A stretch of 64,000 nucleotides of DNA. It comes from Glaucostegus cemiculus. Taxonomy: Eukaryota. This document shows, in pieces, positions 37,491-49,517 of this stretch (position 1 is the stretch's first letter; the number at the start of each line of letters is the position of its first letter). Where the stretch lies: contig CDPCPM010000005.1 in NCBI GenBank assembly GCA_976551045.1, positions 7,564,001 through 7,628,000 of the forward strand. Direction: 5' to 3'. Made by a program: the position numbers and the translations under genes. The notes below the pieces were generated by a model. That model was not told the origin of the DNA. It did no database searches and saw only the letters and a list, made by a program, of their open reading frames with translations.

Positions 37491-39877
37491 GAACTTTAAT
37501 AGTAGCAATATTAAACAAATGGTTATCAACTACCATTGCCCAACAGACTAAGGACAAAGGTTCTGCAGTTGCTGAACCAGCTGAATGGAATGGTAATGTC
37601 TGCATTCGACTGCAGGAAGAGGCACACATTATGATAGAACAACACTAAACTTCAACGCAAGTAAAGGTAATCCTAAAAGGACCAATTACCAAAATGCATT
37701 AGGCAATGCTAACAAAGAATATAAAGGCCAACTCATTTTCAGCTCTTTCACTCAGCTGGCTAAAATGGAGAAGTCATTCTCCCAGGAGATGGTGAAAATT
37801 GGGCACTTAAAGAATCCAGTGCAGGTTTAGTTGTATGTCTTATTCTGTACAATTTTCAGTGAATAAAGTTAATCTTGTACTCAGATGATGCAACTGTGTT
37901 TCTGTCAAGGTGGATTCAGGGCCAGAGACATTACCAAACCACTCAAAAGGGAATGTTTGAATTTTTTTTAAATGCCATGGTTGTGCCATTTACATACTAT
38001 GATCATGTATGCTCAATGTTTCAACACAGTTCATTGGATGACAATTACTGACCGCTAAACTCCAAAACCCCAAAGTCAAAGTCACTAAAAGCAAGTCAGT
38101 AAATAGAACAGGAAGTAAACATTACTAAAAAGTCAATGTATGCTGTTGTTAACTTTTTGTTTTACAAAGTAGGGCGAAGCAGGTTTGACCTATTTTAGAG
38201 AGGAAAAAGTCTTGTATACTAGTGGATTAATATCCTATAGAAATGCCGTCATTTTGGGGAGAATGTGTGAACAGCTGGCTATCGACGTCATGTGTTGACT
38301 TCTGCGTAAGAGCGGTGAAAAGCAGAAGTTTGGGACGCATTCAAGATCAACACCAGTGCTTTGGAAAGTCCTGTTCCACTGCTGTGGACTCACCATGGAG
38401 ACCAGAGGCAGGGCAGTGCCATAAGGTTGGATGCACTTTGTTTTGCAAAAACCTCACCAGAGATGAACTTTTGAATGGGATCTTGTGGGAAAAGGCAAGG
38501 GCTTTCAATTAAGTAAAATGTGTGTGACTATCTGTAACTACTTCAATGCATTTTAAAACTTTTAATTAAAATTACCTGAATATTAAAACCTATTTGAATG
38601 GTTTTTAGATTTGAATTGGAAATATTTAGAAACTGTTAGAAGACACTTTACATTTGCTGAGCTGCCAAATGCTGAGAAGGTGCTCTAGGCCAGGGCTTCA
38701 GGGTATACAGCCCAAGTTCTGGCAGGTGCAGAGGTTCAAGTTTTCTAGCTCTCCACATCAGGGAAAAAGTAAACACTGGTGGGTGGAGCATGCAGTCAGC
38801 AGGTCGAGTCCAGGACACCCAGAGAGACTTTGACATTACGTCGAGGTAAGAGATTGTTGTGTAGTACAATCTGCTGCTATTGAGATTCAAGATTCCAGAT
38901 CAGTTCTGAATCTCCCTTGGGTAGCACAATGGTAGCACAGTACCTCTCCTAAAGTACTGTGCAGTGGTCACAGACCGAAGCATCTGTGACAGGTAGATTG
39001 ATGAGGTTGTTTCCTTTACGATCTGATGCAAGACAAGGCTGGCAGTTGCGTTGCTAAGATTAAGCCAGCTCAGTTAATTGGTTAACAGCATCCTCCCAAC
39101 AGGAGTTCATTGTGTACCTTTATAATACCAATGCTTCAAATAAGTGGTGTTCAAGTTCGGAATGTTTTGATTCATAAACCAAGGAAGGTTAATAGGAAGC
39201 AAAACCAGCAGGATGTTTCCTGTTGATATTTGCCCGGATGGCATGAAAGCTCTGGGACTCAGACTCAATGTTGAGGACTCCAGTGTCCATGCACATCACT
39301 GCTGCTCCCCCTTGTGGAGCTGTCCTGCTAATACTCCATATTCCAGGAGAGATTATTCTGAGAGAGTGGAGAGGCAACTGGTTAAGTGAGCTCCAGCTTT
39401 CTTAACTTAGGCACAGGCTCCAAGCTTACTAAACTAGAAGCATGGAGAGAAAAGCAAAGTACTTCAGATTAATGACCTCTCATCAGAACTGGCAAAAGTC
39501 AGAGATGAGCAGATTTCCAGATGGAAAGTAGAGGGGAAAAAGTGAACGACAGAGTGGAAAGCAGCAGAGAGATTGCAGGGCCAAAGAGGGTGGTCATCAG
39601 ACAGGCAAGGGAAAGGTCAATGTGGAGGAGATGCAAATAGGGGATTTTCATCTATACCTGCTCCCTATGACCTCTTGCTCCTTAACATATCCCATCACTA
39701 CTCTTACACCTTGCCCTAATTCCTTTGTCATTTAATCTCATCTGCCCTCCACACACACACACATTGTTTATAAGGAAATTAAAAATCAAAATTCTACAGC
39801 TGCTGAAAATCTGAAATGAAATGAAAATCTGAAATAAACATCTGGAACTACTCAGCAGGTTAGGCAGCAAATTCAGA

Positions 39878-41232
39878 ATCACACAGCATGGAAACAGCCC
39901 TTTAGCCTAACCAGAAAAGTTGCCTCCCCTTCAAATATTTCCCCTCTCACCTTAATCCCAGGGCCTCTAGTTTTAGAATCCCATATCCTGGGGGAAAAAA
40001 GACTGATCATTTACCTGATTTATATACGTTACGATTTTATATACCTCTACAAAGCTCACACTTCAGCCTCCTACACTTCTGGGAGAACAGTACCACCTCC
40101 TATCCAGTATCTCCTTATAACTCAAGCCCTCCAGTCCCAGTAAGATCATGTGAATCGTTTCTGCATTCTTTCCAGCTTAAAGATATCCTTCCTAGAACTA
40201 GTCAACCTGAACTTCACACAGTACTCCAAATGCAATCTCACCAATGTCCTGTACAGTTGTAACATGGCATTCCCACTCTAGTACTCAATGCCCTGACCAA
40301 TCAAGGCAAGTGTGCCAAGCACCACCTTTGTCACCCTGTTTACCTGTGTTGCCACTTTCAGGGAACGATGTACTTGTACCCCCAAGTCTCTCTGCTCTAC
40401 AACACTCTTCAGGTCCCTGTCAATTTCTATGCAAATCCTGCCCTAGTTTAACTTCCCAAAGTGCAACACTTCACACTTGTCAAGTTAAATTCCATCTGCC
40501 AGTCCTTGACTCCCTTTCCCAGTTGATCTATACCCTCCTATTGTAATCTTAGACACCACCTTCACTGTCCACTATATCACTAATTTTGGTGTCATCCACA
40601 AACCAACTAACAATGCCAACTACATTCTCAACCAAGTTGTTAACATAGATGACAAACAGTAGACCCAGCCCCGATCCCTGCAGCACACTGCTGGTCATAG
40701 GTCTCCAATCTGAAAAACAATCCTCCACCACCACCCCGACTCCTTCCACCAAGCTAATTTTGTCTCCAATTGGCTCACTCATCCTGCACCAGCGTACCAT
40801 TGGAATCTCGTAGAGGCCTTGCTGAAGTCCATGGAGACAACATCTATCACAGTGCCCTTGTCAATCTTCTTGGTCACCTCTTCCAACATAAAACTCAAAT
40901 TCATAAGATGGTATTTCCTACGCATAAAGCCATGCTGACCATCCCTAATCATTTCTTGCCTTTCCAAATGTCAGTAGTTTCTGTCTCTTGGAATCTCCTC
41001 CAGTAACTTTCCCACCACTGATGTTCGACTCACTGGCCTGTAGTTTCCTGGCTTATCCTTGCAGCAGTTCCTAAATAAAAGGCAGAACATTAGCCACCCT
41101 CCAGTCTTCCAGTACCTCTCCTATGGCCAATGATGATACAAAAACCTCCGCCAGGCCCCAGCAGTTTCTTCTCTACCTTTGCAGAATGTCCTAGGTTACA
41201 CCTGGCCAGGCCCTGGGGATTTATCCACTACT
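39878..41232 (-). mobile_element. CR1 LINE (HER1-like), RT to 3' end, with deletions
   Basis: Minus ORFs: IRDGQHGFMR...VIDVVSMDFSKA, SDWRPMTSSVLQGSGLG.LLFVIYVN...FVDDTKI. Confidence 0.85.
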
Positions 41233-41235
41233 TCT

Positions 41236-41605
41236 GAATGGGGAAACCAAATTTCACGGGGCGAGGTTTGCTTTTGAGAATTAGCAAGTCCAGTGTTTCA
41301 GTGACTCACCGGCAGAATGATGAACATCTAGTGACCATTCAGCTCATTGGAACTAATGCTCAACAGTGTGCATACTCCAACCCTCGAAGCTTTGGGCAAG
41401 GTCAAGAAGTTCTATTTCCACCTTGTGATAAAAAGTACTGGTCCACATCCCAAAGGAGACAAATTGATCCTCCCTAGGGACTTCAATGATTTCAGCCCGG
41501 GGGGGGGGGGGGGCGGGCGTTCCTTGACAAAATGCTTGCAACACAGCCTCGTCATAACAAACACCACCTCAGAGGAACAAACACGAGACCTTGTGGCAAC
41601 ATTAA
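41236..41605 (+). mobile_element. RTE endonuclease fragment containing a poly-G tract
   Basis: ORF 41347: HTPTLEA...KKFY...PKGDKLILPRDFND...LTKCLQHSLVITNT resembles the RTE APE domain (YAPTL...KFY...LILLGDFNA...L.ITNT). Confidence 0.75.
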
Positions 41606-41614
41606 ATGAAAATC

Positions 41615-41740
41615 AAGTTGCTGCAAATGCCAGAAATCTGAAATGGAAACAGAAAATGCAGAACATACAGGTCAGGCAGCATCTGTGGAAAGAGAAAGTT
41701 AACATATCAGGTCAAAGACCCTTCATCAAAGCTGGGAAAG
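41615..41740 (-). mobile_element. Penelope-like terminal fragment
   Basis: Reverse strand: ttgatgaagggtctttgacctgatatgttaactttctctttccacagatgctgcctgacctg. Confidence 0.55.
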
Positions 41741-42301
41741 ACGGGCTTTCTTTTGTTCTTCCAGGGAATCTCGAAAGATGAGAATGCTCAGTCCAACTGA
41801 GTACAGACTTAAAAGAAATAGCTCTTTTAAATGTTCTCCCAGCAAATGAAGAACAAGTCTATCTGGCTGTTTGACCCCACTCTGCCATTCAAAATTGTGG
41901 CTGATCTTCTATCTCAGCTCATGTTTCCTGCACTATCCTTATATTCCTTTATTCACTTAATATTTAAGACAGATTGACAGATTTTTGAATGAACTGAGTC
42001 ACACAGCCTACGAGGTGGAGAATTCTAAAGATTCAGCACTCTAAATGACAGATATTTCTTCTCATCTCAGTCTAAAATGGCTTTTTCCTTACTTTGACTT
42101 CTGGCTCTAGACTCCCCAGCAAAGAGAAACAGTTCTGCATCTACCTTGAGACTTGCAAGAATTTTGTAAGTTTGAATGAGATCACTTTTCACTTAGCCAA
42201 GGGTAGTGGGAAACTGGCAGACTGGGAAGACTTTAAAAAACAACAAAGAACCACCAAGCAAGCAATAAGGAAAAGGACCATAAATGATGAAAGTAAACTG
42301 G

Positions 42302-42536
42302 TGTAGCGACCCGCGCTACCAGTATCCAAAACGCCGTCAGATGCTGCGGGGAAATGCTCGAGTTCTCGCGATAGCGCCAGAAGGTGGGACTTCTGGCGGG
42401 AGTATGACGTCACTTCCGCCGGCCATGTTTTTTGTAGTTCTGCAGATGCGCGACTTTTTGGTGAGTCATTAAAGCGTGCTCCATCGAGTCTCCGTGTCCT
42501 CGTGTTTTTCTCAGTCGCACCCTGCTGGCTGCTACA
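42302..42536 (+). mobile_element. Solo LTR (probably Gypsy-like), 235 bp
   Basis: TGTAGC...GCTACA inverted termini; 4-bp TSD ctgg/ctag; interrupts the CR1 sequence gaaagtaaa-ctag-cacaaaatat; ATTAAA at 42468; CpG-rich. Confidence 0.85.
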
Positions 42537-43295
42537 CTAGCACAAAATATAAGAACCGATAGTAAAAGTTTTTAATCATGATATAAGGCGGAAAAGGGTG
42601 GCTAAAGTGAATGTAGGTCCCTTTGGAAGATGAGAAGGGGGAATTAATATTGAGGAGCGTGGAAATGGACGAAACCTTGAATGACTATTTTGTGTCAGTC
42701 TTCATGATGGAGGACATGTCTAACATACCAAATAGAGATGTTATGGATGCGATGGGAGGTGAGGACCTCTACACAATTGCTGTCACTAAAGAGGCGGTGA
42801 TGAACAAACTAGTGGACCTAAAGGTAGACAAGTCCCCTGATCCTGATGGGATCCATCCCAGGGTACTGAAAGAAATGGCAGAAGTTATAGTAGACACACT
42901 TGTGATAATTTACCAAAATTCTCTGGACAGGTCCTGGCAGATTGGAAGACAGCAAATGTTATGCCACCGTTCACAAAAAGGATGTAGGCAAAAGGCAGGT
43001 AACTACAGGCTAGTTAGCTTAACGTCTGTAGCTCGGAAAATGCTTTAAGCTATCATTAAGGAAGAAATAGAGAGAAATCTGGATAGAAATGGTTCCATCA
43101 GCCAGATACAGCATGAATTCAGAAAAAGCAGTTCTTTGAGGATATGAGTACAGTGGACCCACAACTGTTCATGATGTACGTTAATGATTTGGAAGAGGGG
43201 ACCGAGTGTAGTGTACCTAAATTTGCTGATGACACCAAATTGAGTGGAAAAGAAAATTGTGCAGAGGATGCAGAGTCTGCAGAGAGATGTAGATA

Positions 43296-43555
43296 AGATC
43301 TTTATTAGTCACATGTACATCAAAACACAGTGAAATACATGTTTTGCGTAGTGATTTTGGGGGGCAGCCCACAAGTGTCACCACGCTTCCGGCGCCAACA
43401 TAGCATGCCCATAACTTCCTAACCTGTACGTCTGGAATGTGGGAGGAAACCCACACAGACATGGGGAGAACATACAAACTCCTTACAGTGACCAAATTTG
43501 AACCCAGGTTGCTGGTGCTGTAAAGCATTATGCTAACCACTATGCTACCGCGCCT
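43296..43555 (-). mobile_element. V-SINE family A nested in CR1
   Basis: Same head/core/tail as 2003-2297 (with a small core deletion); flanked by gata/gata. Confidence 0.9.
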
Positions 43556-44605
43556 GATAGGTTAAGTGAGTGGGCAAGAGTCTGGCAGCTGGAGTACAAT
43601 GTTGATAAATGTGAGTTCAAATGTGAATTGGTAAATGTGGTAAGTGTTCATCCACTTTGGAAGGAAAATTGGATCAGATTATTTAAATAGTGAAAGATTG
43701 CAGCTTGCTGTTGTGCAGAGGGACTTGGGAGTGCTTGTGCATGAATCACAAAAGGTTGGTTTGCAGGTGCAACAGGTTATCAAGAAGGCAAATGGAATGC
43801 TGGCCTTCATTGCAAAAGGGATTGAATTTAAGAGCAGGGAGGTTGTGCTGCAACTGTACAGAGTACTGGTGAGGCCACATCTGGAGTACTGTGTGCAGTT
43901 CTGGTCTCCTTACTTGAAGAAAGATATCCTGGCTTTGGAGGTGGTGTAAAGGTTAGAGAGATCGAGTCACCTGGGATTATACTCACTGGAATTCAGAGGA
44001 GGAAGAGGGGATCTTATAGAAATGTATAAAATTATGAAAGGGGTAGGTAAGAGGCAGGAAAGTTGTTTCCACTGGTAGGTGAGACTAGAACTGGAGGATA
44101 TAGCTTCAAAATTTGGGGGAATACATTTAGGATGGAGATGAACTGCTTTCCCCCCCCCCCCCCCCCCCCCGAGTGCTGAATTTGTGGAATTTTCTGCCCA
44201 GGGAAGCAATGGAGACTACGTCATTAAATAAATTTAAGACACAGAGATTTTTGCATAGTAGGGGATTAACGGTTATGGGGAAAAGGCAGGTCGGTGGATC
44301 GGAGTCCACGGTCAGATCAGCCATCTGGTGGATGGTGGAGCAGGCTCGACAGGTCAGATGGCCTACTCCTGCTCCTATTTCTAATGTTCATTCAATGGAA
44401 GGATGGAAATATTCTGGGAAATGCCAGCAGAGAGCACTCTAAGTTCAAGGTGCACTTTTGATAACTGAGTTCATATGGAAATTGAGAGCCATCAGGTTAC
44501 TGCAAAACGTTTTGTTCTCCACATTCTCTAATGAACACAAATCAAAAAACTATATTAGCAGTGTATCTAAAAGCACAAAAGACTACCTAATAACAAAGTG
44601 GAAAT

Positions 44606-45300
44606 TAGAGTCATACAGCACAGAAACAGACCCTTTGGTCCAAACAGTCCATTGCCAACCAAGATTCCTATCTAAGCTAGTCCTATTTCCCTGTGTTTGG
44701 CCCACATCCCTTTAAATATTTCCTATCCATGCATCTGTCCAAGTACCTGTTAAATGTTGTTAATGTACCTGCGTCAGTCACTTCCTCTGGCAGCTCATTC
44801 CATATACTGACCACCCTGTGGGTGAAAAAGTTGCCCCTCAAGTTCCTTGTAAGTTTCCCCCCCTCACCTTAAACCTATACCCTATGGTTCTGGATTCCCC
44901 AACCCTGGGAAAAAGACTCTGCATTCGCCCTATGTCCCTCAATTTTACACACTTCTATAAGGTCACTCTTTACTTTCCTACACGCCAATGAAAAAGTCCT
45001 AACTTGTTCAGCCTTGTTCCATAACTCAGCCCCTGGAGTACCGGCAATATTCTTGTAAATCTCCTCTGCATTCTTTCCAGCTTAATGGCATCTTTCCTAC
45101 AGCAGGGTGCCCAAAGCTGAACACAATATTCCAAATGCAGCCTCATCAACATCTTGTACAACTGCAGCATAAAATCCCAACTTCTATACTCAATGCCCTG
45201 ACTGAAGGCCAGCATGCCAAAAGCCACCTTCACCACCTTGTGTACATGCAACATCACTCTCAGGGAACCACGCACTTGTACTCCAACACACCCCAAGGCC
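44606..45300 (-). mobile_element. CR1 LINE 3' fragment
   Basis: ORF 44970-45296 LYKMLMRLHLEYCVQLWAP...LERMQRRFTRILP; tail ctgtgctgtatgactcta. Confidence 0.88.
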
Positions 45301-45799
45301 CTACTGTGCTGTAAAAGTAAACTGCCTCATATATTATGGTTTATCGATTGTACCCAGAGTCAATTTCTGTGCAAAGACCGGAGACTCTCAAAGATTGAAA
45401 TCAATCAGGACCAGACAGCGGAGAAGGAGATTGTCTCAATTCTCCCTTGCATATTGGAGAGACTTGCTCCATTTCCATGCCAGGGCGAGGCCTGGTGAAC
45501 GATCATTTTGACAAACTCGATCATTTTAACAGCAGCCACAGCTCCTAGGAAGAAAGGTAATAATCTATTTCTTGGTATTAGTTCTTTGTTTTAATTGTTC
45601 AGGAGTTTTGTTTTAGAAATGTGATTTAAAATGAAAGATTTTAAAATTAAGATTAATGGTTTAAGTGTAGCTGAATGCCACGGTCTTTTAGTATTTAAAA
45701 AAACCCTCAGCTTTGACAGACATCAGAGCTGGGGGTGTGACGTTGCTGCCAAGCAAAAGATTACAGAGGTATGGAAGGGCTTGTGTTCTGTTTACATAA

Positions 45800-48700
45800 C
45801 CCATTTATTTCATTCAATGACCATACGACTTACCTTACTGCATGGTTTCAGGATCATCTTAGTTAGTAAAACTGGTCAAATCAGGCAAGTCTGGGACAGG
45901 GGAGAATGCAAACAGTGGGACCCATCTGGTTGAAGCCAGCCTATTGCGCTACTGGGTTGATTCCGGAAGCACCTTGTTGTTCTCAGGCATGCTTCTGCTC
46001 CCATCCCCCAACTAAAGATGACTGAAAGAACTACCCTCATCATTGCAGCCCATTTCAAAACCATTCAAAACTCCCAAACTTGCAATACTTACTAAGCACA
46101 AAAATAGTAACAATGAAATTTTAAAAAAATTACTTTTAAGTACCTTAGCATCTTCAAAGTAACAGTACACAATAAATAACATTTCATGAAAAATGCTGCA
46201 CCTTTAATTAATAGTCCTGTAAGTTTCAACACCATGTTTTAAACAAAGGTAAAGGCAGTCATGATACAGTTATTTACAATGACATTTGTTATCTTTTCAA
46301 CATAACATTTCAAATACTAAACTCAGTAAACTTTCTTTTTTCTAGACTCAAAAAAATGTGCATAGACATCAGCTCCCCGAGATAAAAACAATAAACATCT
46401 CCTGCCTATAAACTGTTTAGGAGAAGTTTATTTAAAAACACTACACAACCAGAAAATCTGCATAAAAATACCAGTATGTCCTTCTTGTGCAAATTCTGCC
46501 AATTTAAACAAATGGGGATATCATGGACTCAGTGTTTCTATCAATACACATTTTACAGAATATTTATACAATGATAGTCAAGTTAGAACTCTTGAATATT
46601 GTACATTAATACAAGCAAAAACCCAGAACCTTAAAACATATTTCATATAATTAAATACTCTATTAATGTCTGAATAGTTGCAAATCTACAAAATCCAGTA
46701 CTCCAGATGCATAGTTGTTTATTTGGCAAAAAACTGCCCATGCAGATTTGTGTCCCATTTCGGAAATGTATCTTCAGACTTAAGTCTTTAAGCTTGCAAC
46801 CTCACTCGTCACAATTACAGGTGACTACACAGCCCTTAAATGATTCAAATTACACAGGTGCCTCTTTTCAGTACACTGTATAAAAACACTACTGGGATGC
46901 CTGCAGACAGCTGCTAAACTGGTATTTCTAAACCCACTGGCTTAATTAGATTACAAAATTCCATACATTCAGTAAATATCCCCAAAACTTTGGTTGTAAC
47001 AAATGGCTTAACATTTTTTAAAACATTTATATAGTTCAACTTCATCACTGAAGTAGCTAATGTTATAATTTTACCTTGTATCGTTTATTACATGTTATAA
47101 TGGAGAGAAATGAAAGTTTTAAATAAAATAATGCCTTAAATAAATCACTCATCATAAATGTGCTCTTTTCAAAGCAATATTTTGATTGCTGCCTTTAAGA
47201 GCCAGCAATGAGTAGAGCAATCACAACTCAGGACAAATCAGTAACCTTCTATAGAACTGAAATGTGAATAAGGAACTTCCATGATCAAAGTTCTTCAGGT
47301 ACCTTTAGCAAAAGAAAATGTAGAAATGGTCCATTAAAAAACTTCACAATGCCCTCAGTTCATATATCAAGTCTTCTACAAAACCTATAAAAGGCAGGAT
47401 GATTGAAGTTCTACTCAGACGTAGAAAGGCAAACACAGCAAATAAAAACTGTTCAGCAACTGCCTAAATATGGATAATGACAAAAGGAGAAAAAAATTGA
47501 ATCTAAAAGAGTAAAATAATTTTGTATTAAAATTATACTAATTTATACCAAATTCTAGAATGGTTTCAATAAGCATGTGAAGCCTCATTAAACAAGGAAA
47601 AATCAGGCAGCTCTTACACAACTGCAACTATATTGGGAATATCCAAATATTGACAACACAATAAAGAAGTGACCATCAGGAGGATATAAAGTGGAATAAA
47701 AAAATTGCAAGGTACGACGAAATGATTGTAACAATAGTATGGAAACTACTTGCCACTACTTTAAGATCTACTTACATAATCGCCAGCTAAATGAAAGTAC
47801 ATGACAAATACAGCGATCTCAAACTGCAATTTGCATTCAATTGTCATCAGCTATTTGTCTGCACTCTTGAGAAAATATTCTAAATTATGTGGGAGAGTTT
47901 TTCAACAATGCAGACATATTGAGTTTGGAGTTGGCTACTGCAAACAATTCTAAGCCACTAGTCACTGGTTTCAAAGAATTCACAGTTGCTCCTACAATTA
48001 TTACAAGCTTCATCAACAACACAAGTAGCATTAATAACAATAACTTTCTTGAGCATGGTGACCATCTCAGTTGCTTGAGGAGGCTCTAATGCAGTCTAAT
48101 CATTAATAACTATAGCTCTCTTGCAAGTTCTCAGTCACAATCCACCTCTGCACTGGCCCCACTACGCTACAGTATTTTGATGCTGGCTATTTTGATTGTG
48201 TAATTTCTTCAACTGATCAATGAGCTCATGATCACATTGCCATGTCATTGATGGGAATATGCATAGTTCTTTACAGTGACCAACTTTTGATAAGTTTCAT
48301 GCCTGGAGTGTTGACCACATGATTGGATAGGTTCTGAGTAAAGAAATTTGGCTTTATCGTTGGTTTTGAGAACAGCAGTGTGCGTGCTTGTTCTCTACCA
48401 TGTCATCAAGACCTCCAGCTCTCCTTGGTGTGCGTGCAAGGCTGGACAGCAATTTTCATGGACAGACCAAGCCTCAGAGGGTTAAGTGGGCATAGGTCGC
48501 ATGAATGTAACCATGTAACTGAAAATGGGTTACTTGTCCAGTCAATTACATCAAAATTTTCACTAAAATTCCACATATGTGGCACTCTATGATGTCCCCT
48601 TTAATTCAGTTAATGATGTGCACAACATAAACTCACCTTAAATTCTACTCACTATCCAGGGATGACTGTATATCACAATCCTTAGTCTGAGCCTAAATTA

Positions 48701-49032
48701 GGAGGGTTAATGCAAATGTTGTCATGCCACTGCACAGCTCAATGCATTTACTCTCTACTCTAATGAACTTAAAAACCTTGCTTAAGGTACTCAGATGAAT
48801 AAAGCGTTCGTACAACCTGGCTATATTTATTACTGTGTGATTTTGGAGAAAATGGAGAAAACTAGACTGCATTTCTAAACATTTAGACAGTATAAGGCAC
48901 CACTGAAATGAATTTTTAGATTTAATGCAAAAATACATAAAGTACTTCTAGATCTTTCAATCTTTACATGAAATGTGTAGCTTTGTGTACTGCCCTTGGG
49001 CACAAGTTGAAATGACTGTTGGGAGGAAAAAT
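45800..49032 (-). other. CNKSR3: Putative CNKSR3 3' UTR (distal end uncertain)
   Basis: About 3 kb of repeat-free AT-rich sequence right after the stop; minus-strand AATAAA candidates at 47084-47089, 46718-46723, 46427-46432 and 45804-45809; Pumilio-type UGUAAAUA at 46271-46278. Confidence 0.55.
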
Positions 49033-49307
49033 TCAGTGAGTTAAAAGTTTAAATCTTGTAATCCAACTGACCGACGATGAATGTTCTGGTGAGTTTTTTC
49101 TTGTTGAATTGAAGGTTTTTTTGGGCCCATCTTGCTGAATAGGGAATGTCATACTGGTGAGGTGTTCGGGGCCAACAGAATCTTTCCCACTCACAGCCCT
49201 TCCAGAGTGGTTGCTAGCTATTGGTCCAGAAATGGATGTCGCAACAAAGTCTTCATTAATTGGTGGGATTCTATCATTGCTGAAGTACCTATAGAGGTAG
49301 TCCTCAC
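49033..49307 (-). CDS. CNKSR3: CNKSR3 terminal coding exon
   Basis: Acceptor tctttcag; reads (G)EDYLYRYFSNDRIPPINED...SSVSWITRFKLLTH*, TGA at 49035-49033; matches the CNKSR3 C-terminus as I recall it (EDALCRYFSNERIPPIIEE...VSWFTRLKLLTH). Confidence 0.93.
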
Positions 49308-49427
49308 CTGAAAGAGACGATTTTCTCTCTTTAGAGCCAAGAAATTAAGTATAATTATATGAACTATAAAATATACACAATGCTTTAAAATTTGAATTCT
49401 CCTTAAATATTGGAGTTTTTGACAAAC

Positions 49428-49517
49428 CTTTCCTTCCTTCCACTCGGGATCTTGGACCAACTTCGACTCCACCCATCCAGCTCCTCCCCACAGGCATTGA
49501 CAGAGGTCGAGGTCTTC
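49428..49517 (-). CDS. CNKSR3: CNKSR3 coding exon (90 bp, phase 1-1)
   Basis: (G)RPRPLSMPVGRSWMGGVEVGPRSRVEGRK(G); AG acceptor, GTTTGT donor; conserved RPLSMP motif. Confidence 0.93.

Larger units (their letters stand above)
42188..44385 (+). mobile_element. CR1 LINE ORF2 3' part, host to a nested solo LTR and V-SINE
   Basis: ORFs: LKVDKSPDPDGIHPRVLKE, GNYRLVSLTSV, KFADDTKL, LYRVLVRPHLEYCVQFWSPY; tail ggtcagatggcctactcctgctcctatttct. Confidence 0.92.

Noticed and set aside
31600-44170. Poly-C/poly-G tracts (about 31600, 41499, 44150) as G-quadruplex elements
   Set aside because: All lie inside decayed retroelements; homopolymer expansion or sequencing length error is the simpler explanation.
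1-45800. IPCEF1 coding exons (basic linker exon and PH domain, SRRRISCKDLG/GWLYKKK type)
   Set aside because: Searched by eye on the minus strand and not found; they probably lie left of the window, so no IPCEF1 CDS is called.
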